Positions 1 to 8,589 of a DNA stretch of 64,000 nt are shown piece by piece. The first letter of the stretch is position 1. Each line of letters starts with the position of its first letter. This DNA comes from Bdellovibrionota bacterium (GTDB lineage: Bacteria; Bdellovibrionota; UBA1018; CAIPTA01; JAALKR01): positions 1,056,001-1,120,000 of the forward strand of contig CBDBMJ010000001.1 of NCBI GenBank assembly GCA_965207455.1. Direction: 5' to 3'. A program made the position numbers and the translations under genes. The notes under the pieces were generated by a model that saw only the letters and a list, made by a program, of their open reading frames with translations, ran no database searches and was not told the origin of the DNA.

Positions 1-573
1 ACCATCAGTGGGCTTTTCCACAATAAAAGCACTCACACTCTTATGACCCTTAGAACGATCGTTTGTGGCAAATAAAATAACAATACTAGATTCTGGACCT
101 GAAGTTATAAAGTTCTTTGTACCGTTGATAAGGAAATGATCCCCCTTATCTTCATACATACAAGCCAAGGCTCCAGCATCACTACCACTCACTGGCTCTG
201 ATAAGGCAAAGGATCCAATTTTTTTCCCACTTGCCATGTCAGGAAGGTATTTCTTTTTCTGAACTTCTGTACCAAAGAGCTTAATGGAACCACAGCCTAA
301 ACTGTTGTGGGCACTGAAAATTACTCCCGTGGATGCACAAACTGCATTTATTTCCTCACCAATGACCGCATAGGAAAGATAGTCCATACCCGATCCACCA
401 TACTCTTCAGGAACACAAACTCCCATCAAACCCATCTCACCCAATTGACGAATAATGTCCTTAGGAAACTTAGCTTTGTCGTCTATTTCTGCTGCCTTTG
501 GAGAAATTTCTTTTTGAGCAAAAGCTGCCACTTGTGTGCAAATCATTTCTTGTTCTTCTGTGAGTGTTATCAT
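1..573 (-). CDS. Acyl-CoA dehydrogenase (5' part; runs off window start)
   Basis: Manual translation from ATG at 573: MITLTEEQEMICTQVAAFAQKEISPKAAEID... and later GSFALSEPVSGSDA. ATGA overlap with the enoyl-CoA hydratase stop. Confidence 0.9.
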   Translation of the reverse strand, partial: MITLTEEQEMICTQVAAFAQKEISPKAAEIDDKAKFPKDIIRQLGEMGLMGVCVPEEYGGSGMDYLSYAVIGEEINAVCASTGVIFSAHNSLGCGSIKLFGTEVQKKKYLPDMASGKKIGSFALSEPVSGSDAGALACMYEDKGDHFLINGTKNFITSGPESSIVILFATNDRSKGHKSVSAFIVEKPTDG

Positions 574-1370
574 ACTTTTCTGGATCCTTTAAATTCTGGC
601 TTTCTCTTTTCTAAAAATGCTCCCATACCTTCTTGCTGATCATGGGTTCCAAATAAACAACTAAAGGCTTTGGCCTCCTCTAAAAGTCCCTCTTTTATGG
701 AAGCACCCATAGAGTAATGAATAGCTCTCTTGGATTGAGCTACTGCTAAGAGTGAGTTCTTTTGAATTTTTTTGGCCAAAGAATGGGCACGATCTAAAAG
801 CTCACCTAAAGGAAACACTTCTAACACCAAACCATAGTCCTTTGCCTCCTGAGCACTTATTTTTTTACCCGTATAAATCCACTCACGGGCACGGCTCACC
901 CCTATGGAACGAAACAAGCGAACACAACCCCCAAACCCGGGAATTACACCCAAAGCAACTTCTGGTTGACCAAACACTCCATTCTCAGAGGCTAGTATAA
1001 AATCACAAGCTAAAGCAAACTCGCACCCACCTCCCAATGCAAAACCATTTACTGCTCCAATAATCGGCTGAGGCAAACTCTCCATTTGCTGTGTTACAGA
1101 CTGACCCAAAGAAGCAAACTCCATTCCTGAAGCAGCATCCAAACTGCTCATTTCCTTAATATCCGCACCAGCAATAAAAGCCTTCTCTCCCATCCCTGTA
1201 AAAATAACTACTTCAATCTGTCCCTCTTGATCCTTGATATAATGAAACACTTCCTGTAGCTCTTTTAACGTCGCTCGGTTTAAAGCGTTTAATACTTTAG
1301 GACGATTTAACCAAAGTGTGGCCACTTTATCCCTTACCTCTAACTTTATATTTTCAAATACTGCTGCCAT
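570..1370 (-). CDS. crt: Enoyl-CoA hydratase (crotonase)
   Basis: LNRPKVLNAL, AFIAGADIKEM, GFALGGGCEFALACD and GQPEVALGVIPGFGG crotonase motifs. Confidence 0.92.
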   Translation of the reverse strand: MAAVFENIKLEVRDKVATLWLNRPKVLNALNRATLKELQEVFHYIKDQEGQIEVVIFTGMGEKAFIAGADIKEMSSLDAASGMEFASLGQSVTQQMESLPQPIIGAVNGFALGGGCEFALACDFILASENGVFGQPEVALGVIPGFGGCVRLFRSIGVSRAREWIYTGKKISAQEAKDYGLVLEVFPLGELLDRAHSLAKKIQKNSLLAVAQSKRAIHYSMGASIKEGLLEEAKAFSCLFGTHDQQEGMGAFLEKRKPEFKGSRKV

Positions 1371-2248
1371 TAAAGGTTTCCCATATCAGCTACCACTGCC
1401 TGTCCAGAGCGATAGTCATAAAAGCCAAGACCCGACTTTTTCCCCACACACCCAGCACTCACATATTGCTTCAACAGCGGGCAAGGGCGATACTTGGTGT
1501 CCCCCAGACCCTCATGCAAAACTTCCATAATGGAAAGGCAGGTGTCTAAACCTATGAAGTCGGCTAGCGTAAGAGGACCCATGGGCTGGTTAGTACCTAG
1601 TTGCATGGCAGTGTCGATATTTTCCACCGTACCCACTCCCTCATACAAAGCATAAATGGCTTCATTGATCATCGGCATTAGAATACGGTTCACCATAAAA
1701 CCAGGAAAATCACGGGACTCCACAATCATTTTTCCCATGGCCTCTCCCACTTTTCTCATTTTGGAAACAGTGGAATCCGAAGTGCGAAGCCCACGAATTC
1801 CCTCTATTAACTTCATCACTGGCACGGGATTCATAAAATGCATTCCCACCACATTTCCCGGTCGACTTGTCTGTGCCCCAATGGCAGTAATGGAAATACT
1901 GGAAGTATTGGTGGCTAAAACCGCATGGGATGGCAACACCTTATCCAAATCTTGAAAAATTTTGTATTTTATTGTTTTATTTTCTGTGGCTGCCTCTATA
2001 GCAAAGTCCACGTCCCGAAACCCGTCCATGGAACCTGTGCGAATATTATTAAGAGCCACTTGCGCTTCAGAACTGGAAATCCTTCCTTTCTCCACACCAC
2101 GCTCAATAGATTTTCCTATTTTTGCCTTACCTTTTTCCGCTTGATCAGGAGAGGCATCTGCCAAAAGAACCCGAAATCCAGACAAGGCAGCCACTTGGGC
2201 AATTCCACTCCCCATCTGCCCCGCACCAACAATACCAATATGCTCCAT
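1370..2248 (-). CDS. hbd: 3-hydroxybutyryl-CoA dehydrogenase
   Basis: GIVGAGQMGSGIAQ Rossmann motif, NTSSISIT, GMHFMNPVPVMKL, PMGPLTLADFIGLD. Start moved to ATG 2248 (SD GAGGAAGG). Confidence 0.93.
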   Translation of the reverse strand: MEHIGIVGAGQMGSGIAQVAALSGFRVLLADASPDQAEKGKAKIGKSIERGVEKGRISSSEAQVALNNIRTGSMDGFRDVDFAIEAATENKTIKYKIFQDLDKVLPSHAVLATNTSSISITAIGAQTSRPGNVVGMHFMNPVPVMKLIEGIRGLRTSDSTVSKMRKVGEAMGKMIVESRDFPGFMVNRILMPMINEAIYALYEGVGTVENIDTAMQLGTNQPMGPLTLADFIGLDTCLSIMEVLHEGLGDTKYRPCPLLKQYVSAGCVGKKSGLGFYDYRSGQAVVADMGNL

Positions 2249-2272
2249 AAAAACATTTCCTTCCTCATGCGA

Positions 2273-2301
2273 ACTATAGTCCAAATGTACTTTGGCAGCA
2301 A
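2273..2301 (-). promoter_or_regulatory. Putative sigma70 promoter of the hbd-crt-acd operon
   Basis: TTGCTG-17 bp-TATAGT on the minus strand. Confidence 0.5.
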
Positions 2302-2353
2302 CTTTCAAGCGAAATACTGCCACACGTTAGGTCTGACTGAGTTAGGTCTAACT

Positions 2354-3229
2354 TCAGTTAGCTTTGGGGTGGGTGATGCGATAGGCTTCTAGGAGTTCTG
2401 AAAGCTCAATATGGGTATACTTCTGAGTAGTGGAGAGGCTTTCATGTCCCAGTAGCTCTTGAATAAAACGTAAGTTGGCTCCATTGCTTAGTAAATGGGT
2501 AGCAAAGCTATGGCGAAGGGTATGGGGACTCGTGGAGGGAGGGAGACCTGTTTTCAAACAATAGTACTTGATCATTCGTCCCACACTGCGGGTGCTGAGA
2601 CGTGTGCCCATGGAGTTTAGAAAAAGTGCCGACACGGTAGCGGTTCGTTGGGCTAAATAAGCATCTATTGCCTCGCGTGCATTCTCTCCAAACACAACAA
2701 CACGCTCCTTCTTTCCCTTTCCCATGACCCGTACCGTACCACCAGGTCCCTGCCAACAAATATCCTCCCTATTCATGGCTACCAATTCACTGATTCGCAC
2801 ACCACTCGAGTATAACAACTCCACAATCGCCCTATCCCGTAAACCCTTCCTTGTATCAATATTAGGAGCTTCCAGGAGTTGTTCCACCTCGGAAACACTT
2901 AAAAAATTGGGCAAACGTTTTTCTTGTTTAGTGGTGGGGACGGTGGAGGAAATATCTCTTTCCACTTTTCCCATACGGTAGAGCCATCGAAAAAAACTGC
3001 GTATAGCGGAAAGCTTTCTTGCAATCGTTCTTCGAGAATTAGACTTATGGAGACAAGCTAGGTAGGTGCGAATTTCCAGAGGGCTAATATCCTCCACACA
3101 GAGGTCTTGGGGTAAATAGTTTAAAAAAAATTTTAAATCTGAAGCATAATTACGAATGGTATGAGAGGAAGAATCACGCTCTATCTCTAAATAACGTAGA
3201 AATTCCTCTGCTTCTTCTTTTGGGTCCAC
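2354..3229 (-). CDS. xerC: Tyrosine recombinase XerC
   Basis: SAM-like N-terminus (HTIRNYASDL), RDRAIVELLYSSGVRISEL, GKGKKER, HTLRHSFATHLL, LLGHESLSTTQKYTH. Confidence 0.88.
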   Translation of the reverse strand: MDPKEEAEEFLRYLEIERDSSSHTIRNYASDLKFFLNYLPQDLCVEDISPLEIRTYLACLHKSNSRRTIARKLSAIRSFFRWLYRMGKVERDISSTVPTTKQEKRLPNFLSVSEVEQLLEAPNIDTRKGLRDRAIVELLYSSGVRISELVAMNREDICWQGPGGTVRVMGKGKKERVVVFGENAREAIDAYLAQRTATVSALFLNSMGTRLSTRSVGRMIKYYCLKTGLPPSTSPHTLRHSFATHLLSNGANLRFIQELLGHESLSTTQKYTHIELSELLEAYRITHPKAN

Positions 3230-3235
3230 TTTATT

Positions 3236-3265
3236 AGAATAAGGGAAAAAGAAATTTCAAGTCAA
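3236..3265 (-). promoter_or_regulatory. Sigma70 promoter ending 6 nt before the xerC GTG (leaderless candidate)
   Basis: TTGACT-18-TATTCT-AATAAA-GTG, with no SD. Confidence 0.55.
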
Positions 3266-3312
3266 GTACAAGTAACATTGAATTATTCCCACAAACCATG
3301 GTAAAAATACAT

Positions 3313-4647
3313 ATGCCAGATACAATTAAAAATATTATAAGTCGTGAAATACTGGATTCTAGGGGAAATCCCACCGTAGAGGTGGATGTGACACTGAAAA
3401 ATGGTTCCATGGGTCGCGCTGCTGTGCCAAGTGGTGCCTCCACTGGATCGAAGGAAGCACTGGAGCTAAGAGATAATTGCAATACTCGATATTTAGGAAA
3501 AGGTGTACAAAACGCAATTACGAATATCCAAGAAAAAATTGCTCCCAAGCTGGTGGGAAAAACCATGGACTCACTCCCTAAGTTAGATAAATATATGTGC
3601 AAACTAGATGGGACGAAAAAAAAATCTAATTTAGGAGCCAACGCAATTCTTGGCGTGTCCATGGCCCTAGCCCGTGCCGCAGCCATTAGTAAAAAACAAC
3701 CACTGTATACCTTTCTTAACAACCTCTATTATGATCAATACCAAAAAAAATCTAATCACCCAAGCAAACAAGGAACCACACTACCCACGCCCATGATGAA
3801 TATTTTAAATGGAGGAGAACATGCCGACAATTCTTTATCCATTCAAGAGTTTATGATTGTTCCTCAAATTTCAGATTCCTTTAAGGAATCTTTACGTTGT
3901 GGAGTGGAAGTTTTTCATCACCTAAAAAAATGCCTGCATAAGAATAATCTTTCCACTAATATCGGAGACGAGGGCGGGTTTGCTCCAAATATACAATCCA
4001 ACGAAGAGGCCTTTGAGCTGATTATCCAAGCTATCTCCTATGCTGGCTACCGCCCCGGTCAAGATGTATTCCTAGCCATTGATGCTGCTGCCACCGAATT
4101 CCAAACCTCTACCGACACCTACGAAATGTCTGGAGCCCCAACTCCTAAAATGAATTCCCAAGAATTAATTCATTACTACTCCAAACTCTGTAGCCAATAT
4201 CCATTGATTTCCATCGAGGACGGACTGGGTGAAAATGACTGGGAAGGCTGGAAACAACTCACCCAAAAACAGGGCAAAAACACCACCCTCATTGGAGACG
4301 ACATTTTTGTAACCAATGTGGAGATTTTGAAAAAAGGTATTAAAGAAAAAATAGGAAACGCCATCCTCATCAAACTCAACCAAATCGGAACAGTGAGTGA
4401 AACACTGGAAACCATCGCGTTTGCCCAAACCCATGGATATAATACAATTATATCCCACCGGAGTGGTGAAACAGAGGATACTTTTTTAGCGGACTTGGCA
4501 GTAGCAACGGATGCAGGCCTTATTAAAACGGGCTCCGCTTCTCGCAGCGACCGCATGGCAAAATACAATCAACTACTACGGATCGAAGAAAGCTTGGGAA
4601 AAAATGCTCATTTTCTAGGCTTGCAGGCGTTTGGGAATAAATTATGA
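3313..4647 (+). CDS. eno: Enolase
   Basis: REILDSRGNPTVE, VPSGASTG, GDEGGFAP, SHRSGETED, IKTGSASRSDRMAKYNQLLRIEE. Alternative ATG at 3298. Confidence 0.97.
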   Translation: MPDTIKNIISREILDSRGNPTVEVDVTLKNGSMGRAAVPSGASTGSKEALELRDNCNTRYLGKGVQNAITNIQEKIAPKLVGKTMDSLPKLDKYMCKLDGTKKKSNLGANAILGVSMALARAAAISKKQPLYTFLNNLYYDQYQKKSNHPSKQGTTLPTPMMNILNGGEHADNSLSIQEFMIVPQISDSFKESLRCGVEVFHHLKKCLHKNNLSTNIGDEGGFAPNIQSNEEAFELIIQAISYAGYRPGQDVFLAIDAAATEFQTSTDTYEMSGAPTPKMNSQELIHYYSKLCSQYPLISIEDGLGENDWEGWKQLTQKQGKNTTLIGDDIFVTNVEILKKGIKEKIGNAILIKLNQIGTVSETLETIAFAQTHGYNTIISHRSGETEDTFLADLAVATDAGLIKTGSASRSDRMAKYNQLLRIEESLGKNAHFLGLQAFGNKL

Positions 4648-4898
4648 AGATCAGCTTTCTATTTGCTTTTTTTGTCTCCTTTGGCGTTATAATTTTTGGA
4701 AAAGTGGGACTGGTATCAGCCTATAAAAAAAGCCAGGAACTCTCCCACCTAAACACACGCATCAGTCGCATAGAAAAAAAGAATACAGTCTTGCGAGAAA
4801 AAATACAGAATATAAAAAACCCCGAGTCCTTGGAATATGTGATCCGAAAGCGCTTGCCCCTAGTAAAGGAAGATGAACTGCTATTTGAGTTTAAATAA
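4644..4898 (+). CDS. ftsB: Septum formation initiator FtsB/DivIC family
   Basis: N-terminal TM helix, coiled coil and LEYVIRKRLPLVKEDE tail. Conserved position downstream of eno. Confidence 0.75.
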   Translation: MKISFLFAFFVSFGVIIFGKVGLVSAYKKSQELSHLNTRISRIEKKNTVLREKIQNIKNPESLEYVIRKRLPLVKEDELLFEFK

Positions 4899-4914
4899 CC
4901 TTTCTAGAGCCCGT

Positions 4915-5135
4915 TGTAGGCGAGGATAAAGCCTCCTAGCAACCTCTGATTGCGTTATCAGCCCCAGCGCAATGTCCCGCATTGCCTTCTCCCTATCTCT
5001 GACTTTTTTTGTCATTTTAATCACCTTCTCCATTTGATGCGCCTCCCTATTAAGTTGTTAATAATAAAGAAGATTATACACCGTGGTGTGATCTTTCCTT
5101 TTGCTAAGGTGTGATCTTTTAGTTTTGCCCCTACA
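4915..5135 (-). mobile_element. Internally deleted IS remnant (IS1202/IS481-like end plus transposase N-terminus)
   Basis: Inverted TGTAGG ends, two GGTGTGATCTTT repeats (5085-5096, 5108-5119), SD GGGAGG and ATG 5033 encoding MEKVIKMTKKVRDREKAMRDIALGLITQSEVARRL (HTH-like). Confidence 0.55.
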
Positions 5136-5265
5136 TTTTTTTATTTACATCCCTATTAAAAAAATAATCTGCCTTTAGTTGGCTGCTTAAAGCTATCGAG
5201 AGCAAAATACCCGATCTTCTCAATTAAATATTCCCATGTGGAGGTATTTTTGCTAAGTAGTTATA

Positions 5266-6330
5266 GTGCATCAGCCCATATCCATCTCAGGACTCACCCT
5301 AGCGGACTTAACAAAAAAACTACAGCAGGTGGGTAAGGAAGAGTACCGAGCCAAGCAGATTTTCTCTTGGATCTACAAACACAGGGTGCAGTCTTTTGAG
5401 GAAATGACTAATCTTTCCCGTTCCTTTCGAGCCTACTTGGAGGAGAACTTTTATATTTCTCGCTTGGAGAAGATCAGTGAGGAGAATTCCCCTAAAGACG
5501 GGTCCAAAAAGTTTTTGTTTCGTTTAGAGGACGGAAAAACCGTGGAAACGGTGCTATTGCCGCAAAATGGTCGTCTTACCCAGTGTGTGTCCAGTCAAGT
5601 GGGCTGTGCCATGGCTTGCAATTTCTGCAATACGGGCGACATGGGACTCCTACGCAACCTCAAGACCCATGAAATCATCGATCAGGTACTGGAAGCTTCT
5701 CGACAGGTTGGCGATATGGAGGCAACAATGGGAAACAGGCTTTCCAATATTGTGTACATGGGTATGGGAGAGCCTCTCCATAATATAAACCCAGTGGTGA
5801 GTTCCGTTTCCATTCTTACCCACGATTTTGGTTTTGGTATTTCCAAAAGAAAAATCACTGTGTCCACTAGCGGGCTGGTCACAAAAATGAAAGAATTTGG
5901 AAAAAGGTGTGACGCCAACCTAGCCGTGTCCCTAAACGCCACCACCGACGAAGTACGCACAAAAATCATGCCCATTAATAAGCGCTGGCCCATTTCCAGT
6001 TTGCTGGAGGCTTGTCGCAATTATCCCCTAACCTCCCGAAGGAGAATTACTTTTGAATACGTTATGCTTAAAGGAGTGAACGATACTATGGAGGATGCCA
6101 AACGACTCCCGCTCTTACTCCAAGGAATTCCAGCTAAAATAAACCTAATCCCCTATAACCCTCACCCAGCTAGTACCTATGAACGTCCCTTATTGAGTAA
6201 TGTGAAAAAGTTCCAACGCTATTTGTTGGACAAGGGAATGAACGCCACCATTCGTATCTCCAAGGGACGGGATATTTTAGCTGCCTGCGGACAGCTACGA
6301 ACGGAATCGCTATCTTCCAAGACACCCTGA
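5266..6330 (+). CDS. rlmN: 23S rRNA m2A2503 / tRNA m2A37 methyltransferase RlmN
   Basis: CVSSQVGCAMACNFC radical SAM motif, MGMGEPL, INLIPYN, DILAACGQL. Confidence 0.96.
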   Translation: MHQPISISGLTLADLTKKLQQVGKEEYRAKQIFSWIYKHRVQSFEEMTNLSRSFRAYLEENFYISRLEKISEENSPKDGSKKFLFRLEDGKTVETVLLPQNGRLTQCVSSQVGCAMACNFCNTGDMGLLRNLKTHEIIDQVLEASRQVGDMEATMGNRLSNIVYMGMGEPLHNINPVVSSVSILTHDFGFGISKRKITVSTSGLVTKMKEFGKRCDANLAVSLNATTDEVRTKIMPINKRWPISSLLEACRNYPLTSRRRITFEYVMLKGVNDTMEDAKRLPLLLQGIPAKINLIPYNPHPASTYERPLLSNVKKFQRYLLDKGMNATIRISKGRDILAACGQLRTESLSSKTP

Positions 6331-6521
6331 AAGCCATGAATAATGGGGCAAAGGGTTATTCAAATTAACTAGCTATTTTTATTAGAGAATTTCGACAATT
6401 TTTGACCATCAGGTGTGGAAATACATATTTTTCCTTGAAATCAGGAGCTTTCGGTGCTAGTTAGTGGGGGTACCGCCTATTTTAGACAAAATAGAAACCC
6501 AATATTAAGTTAGGATTTTGT

Positions 6522-7100
6522 ATGGCCTTGGAAAAACAAGAAGGAGTTCGCTCATTAAAAGGGAAGCTAGAAGCTGCTCTACAGCCCATTATTTCGGACT
6601 TGGGCTATGAACTCGTTATAGCGGAAGTTTCCTACCAGTCCTCCAAAGAGGCCACCCTTATCCGTTTATTTATTGATCACAGCGATTGCGATTCAGAAAA
6701 AACCATTGCCATAGAAGACTGTATACGGGTGGACAAGGGGTTGGCTGAATTTTTGGACAGTCCAACGTTCGAAAGTATATTCAATGAGGAGTTCACACTG
6801 GAGGTGAGTAGCCCAGGAATGGACCGCCCCCTACGTACTCCCGATCATTTCCAGCGCTTTCAGGGGGAAAAGGTGCAAGTAAAGACCTTTCGTCCTTTGA
6901 AGAAAGAAGAATTAAAAAACGAGGAATATTTCCAAAAGTATCCCAAGCAAAAAAATTTCAAAGGGAATATTGATGGTGTTGAAAAAGAGGATCTCCTCCT
7001 AAAAACGGAAAATGAGCAAATAAAGATTCCTTTTTCTTTAATTGCAAAAGCTAATTTAGACGTATCCAAGGACTATTTAGAAACCATAAAAAAACAATAA
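6522..7100 (+). CDS. rimP: Ribosome maturation factor RimP
   Basis: IRLFID, IEDC, LEVSSPGMDRPL. First gene before nusA. Confidence 0.93.
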   Translation: MALEKQEGVRSLKGKLEAALQPIISDLGYELVIAEVSYQSSKEATLIRLFIDHSDCDSEKTIAIEDCIRVDKGLAEFLDSPTFESIFNEEFTLEVSSPGMDRPLRTPDHFQRFQGEKVQVKTFRPLKKEELKNEEYFQKYPKQKNFKGNIDGVEKEDLLLKTENEQIKIPFSLIAKANLDVSKDYLETIKKQ

Positions 7101-7112
7101 GGACAAAAAAAC

Positions 7113-8564
7113 ATGAATTTTTCAGAAATCACAAAAGTAATCGACCGACTTGGCAAAGACCGGGGAGTAGACAAAAAAGTCATCATCGAGGTTTTAGAGC
7201 AAGCCATGCTAATGGCTGCAAAAAAGAAATTTGGTCCCACAGCGGAATTGGAAGCCCATTGGAATGAAGAAAGTGGAGAGGTGGAAGTTTACCAATTTAA
7301 AACTGTGAAGCCTAAGGAAGGTGAGGTAGAGGATAAAATCAGGGAAATTACCTTTGAGGAGGCATTGCAATTAGATGAGGAGGTCTCCCCGGGAGATGAG
7401 TTAGGTATAAAATTAGACAGTGTTGACTTTGGTAGAATTGATGCCCAAACTGCCAAGCAAATTATATTCCAAAAATTCCGGGATATGGACAGGGAAATTG
7501 TTTATAAGGAATATATTGGTCACAAAGGGCAGATTGTTACGGGCACTGCTCGACGAATAGAGCGGGGCAGTTTAGTAATGGACTTGGGCAGAACAGAAGC
7601 CTACCTTCCCCGTAATGCGATTATTCCTGGCGAGGTTTTTCACCATGGGGATCGGGTGCAGTCCTTACTGCAAGATGTGAACGAAACCACTCGAGGTCCT
7701 CAGCTCATGCTCAGTCGAACATCCCCTGAGTTTCTAATGAAATTATTTGAAATAGAGGTTCCGGAAATTGCTGAAAAAATTGTGGAAATCACCCGTTGTG
7801 TGCGAGAGCCGGGGGAGCGAGCAAAAATTTCGGTTATTTCCCACGACCGTGATGTGGATCCCGTGGGAGCCAGTGTGGGAATGAAGGGTATTCGAGTACA
7901 AAGTGTGGTTCAGGAACTACGAGGAGAGAAAATCGACATTATTCCTTGGAATGAAGATATTACTGTTTTCATTCGTTCCGCAATGGTGCCTGCAGAAATA
8001 TCCATGGTACGAGTTATGCCAGCAACCAATTCCTTGGAACTTGTGGTGGAGGACGATAACCTTTCCTTGGCCATTGGTCGAAAGGGTCAAAATGTGCGCC
8101 TAGCTTCCCAACTTACTGGCTGGACAGTGGATATTCTTTCCAAAACCAAGCTAAACCAACGTACAAGGCAAGTACTCCAAGAGTTTAAATTAATTGAAGC
8201 TCTTAACGACACACTTTCACAAAGCATCTACGGTTGTGGCTTCCTTTCTGTAAAAGAAGTTGCAGATTGTGACGAAGAAACCTTGGCACGAATTCCTGGC
8301 TTTGAAGCAGAGGGGGCTGCCCTTTCCCTAAAAGAACGTGCCGCTGCTACCGTACAAAAAATCAAAGAAAATCCAGATTTAATTCCTAAAATAGAGACTC
8401 CCGCTGAAGGTGCGGGAACTCCGATGAGGGAAAAGAAAGAAGCAAAAACAAAAGAGGATGTGGAGATCCGACTGAAAGAAGAATTGGCACAAATGAATAA
8501 ACGTAAAAACGAAAAAGATAATAAAGATAATGGAAATAGTGCGCCCAATTCGGACACAGTTTGA
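7113..8564 (+). CDS. nusA: Transcription factor NusA
   Basis: FGRIDAQTAKQII, S1 and KH domains, LAIGRKGQNVRLASQLTGW. Confidence 0.97.
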   Translation: MNFSEITKVIDRLGKDRGVDKKVIIEVLEQAMLMAAKKKFGPTAELEAHWNEESGEVEVYQFKTVKPKEGEVEDKIREITFEEALQLDEEVSPGDELGIKLDSVDFGRIDAQTAKQIIFQKFRDMDREIVYKEYIGHKGQIVTGTARRIERGSLVMDLGRTEAYLPRNAIIPGEVFHHGDRVQSLLQDVNETTRGPQLMLSRTSPEFLMKLFEIEVPEIAEKIVEITRCVREPGERAKISVISHDRDVDPVGASVGMKGIRVQSVVQELRGEKIDIIPWNEDITVFIRSAMVPAEISMVRVMPATNSLELVVEDDNLSLAIGRKGQNVRLASQLTGWTVDILSKTKLNQRTRQVLQEFKLIEALNDTLSQSIYGCGFLSVKEVADCDEETLARIPGFEAEGAALSLKERAAATVQKIKENPDLIPKIETPAEGAGTPMREKKEAKTKEDVEIRLKEELAQMNKRKNEKDNKDNGNSAPNSDTV

Positions 8565-8589
8565 GGTTTTTGAAAGGTAACGATTCCCA

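Noticed and set aside
2326..2361. Short imperfect repeats GTTAGGTCT at the xerC 3' end
   Set aside because: Two 9-bp copies plus a partial third, with no supportable function.
2354..3229. Tyrosine recombinase as a phage/island integrase
   Set aside because: Size and motifs match housekeeping XerC/D, and the flanks are core metabolic genes with no att sites or cargo.
5141..5170. dif/xrs-like site beside the IS1202-like end
   Set aside because: Only a partial XerD-arm resemblance (GGATGTAAATA) in AT-rich DNA, with no credible XerC arm.
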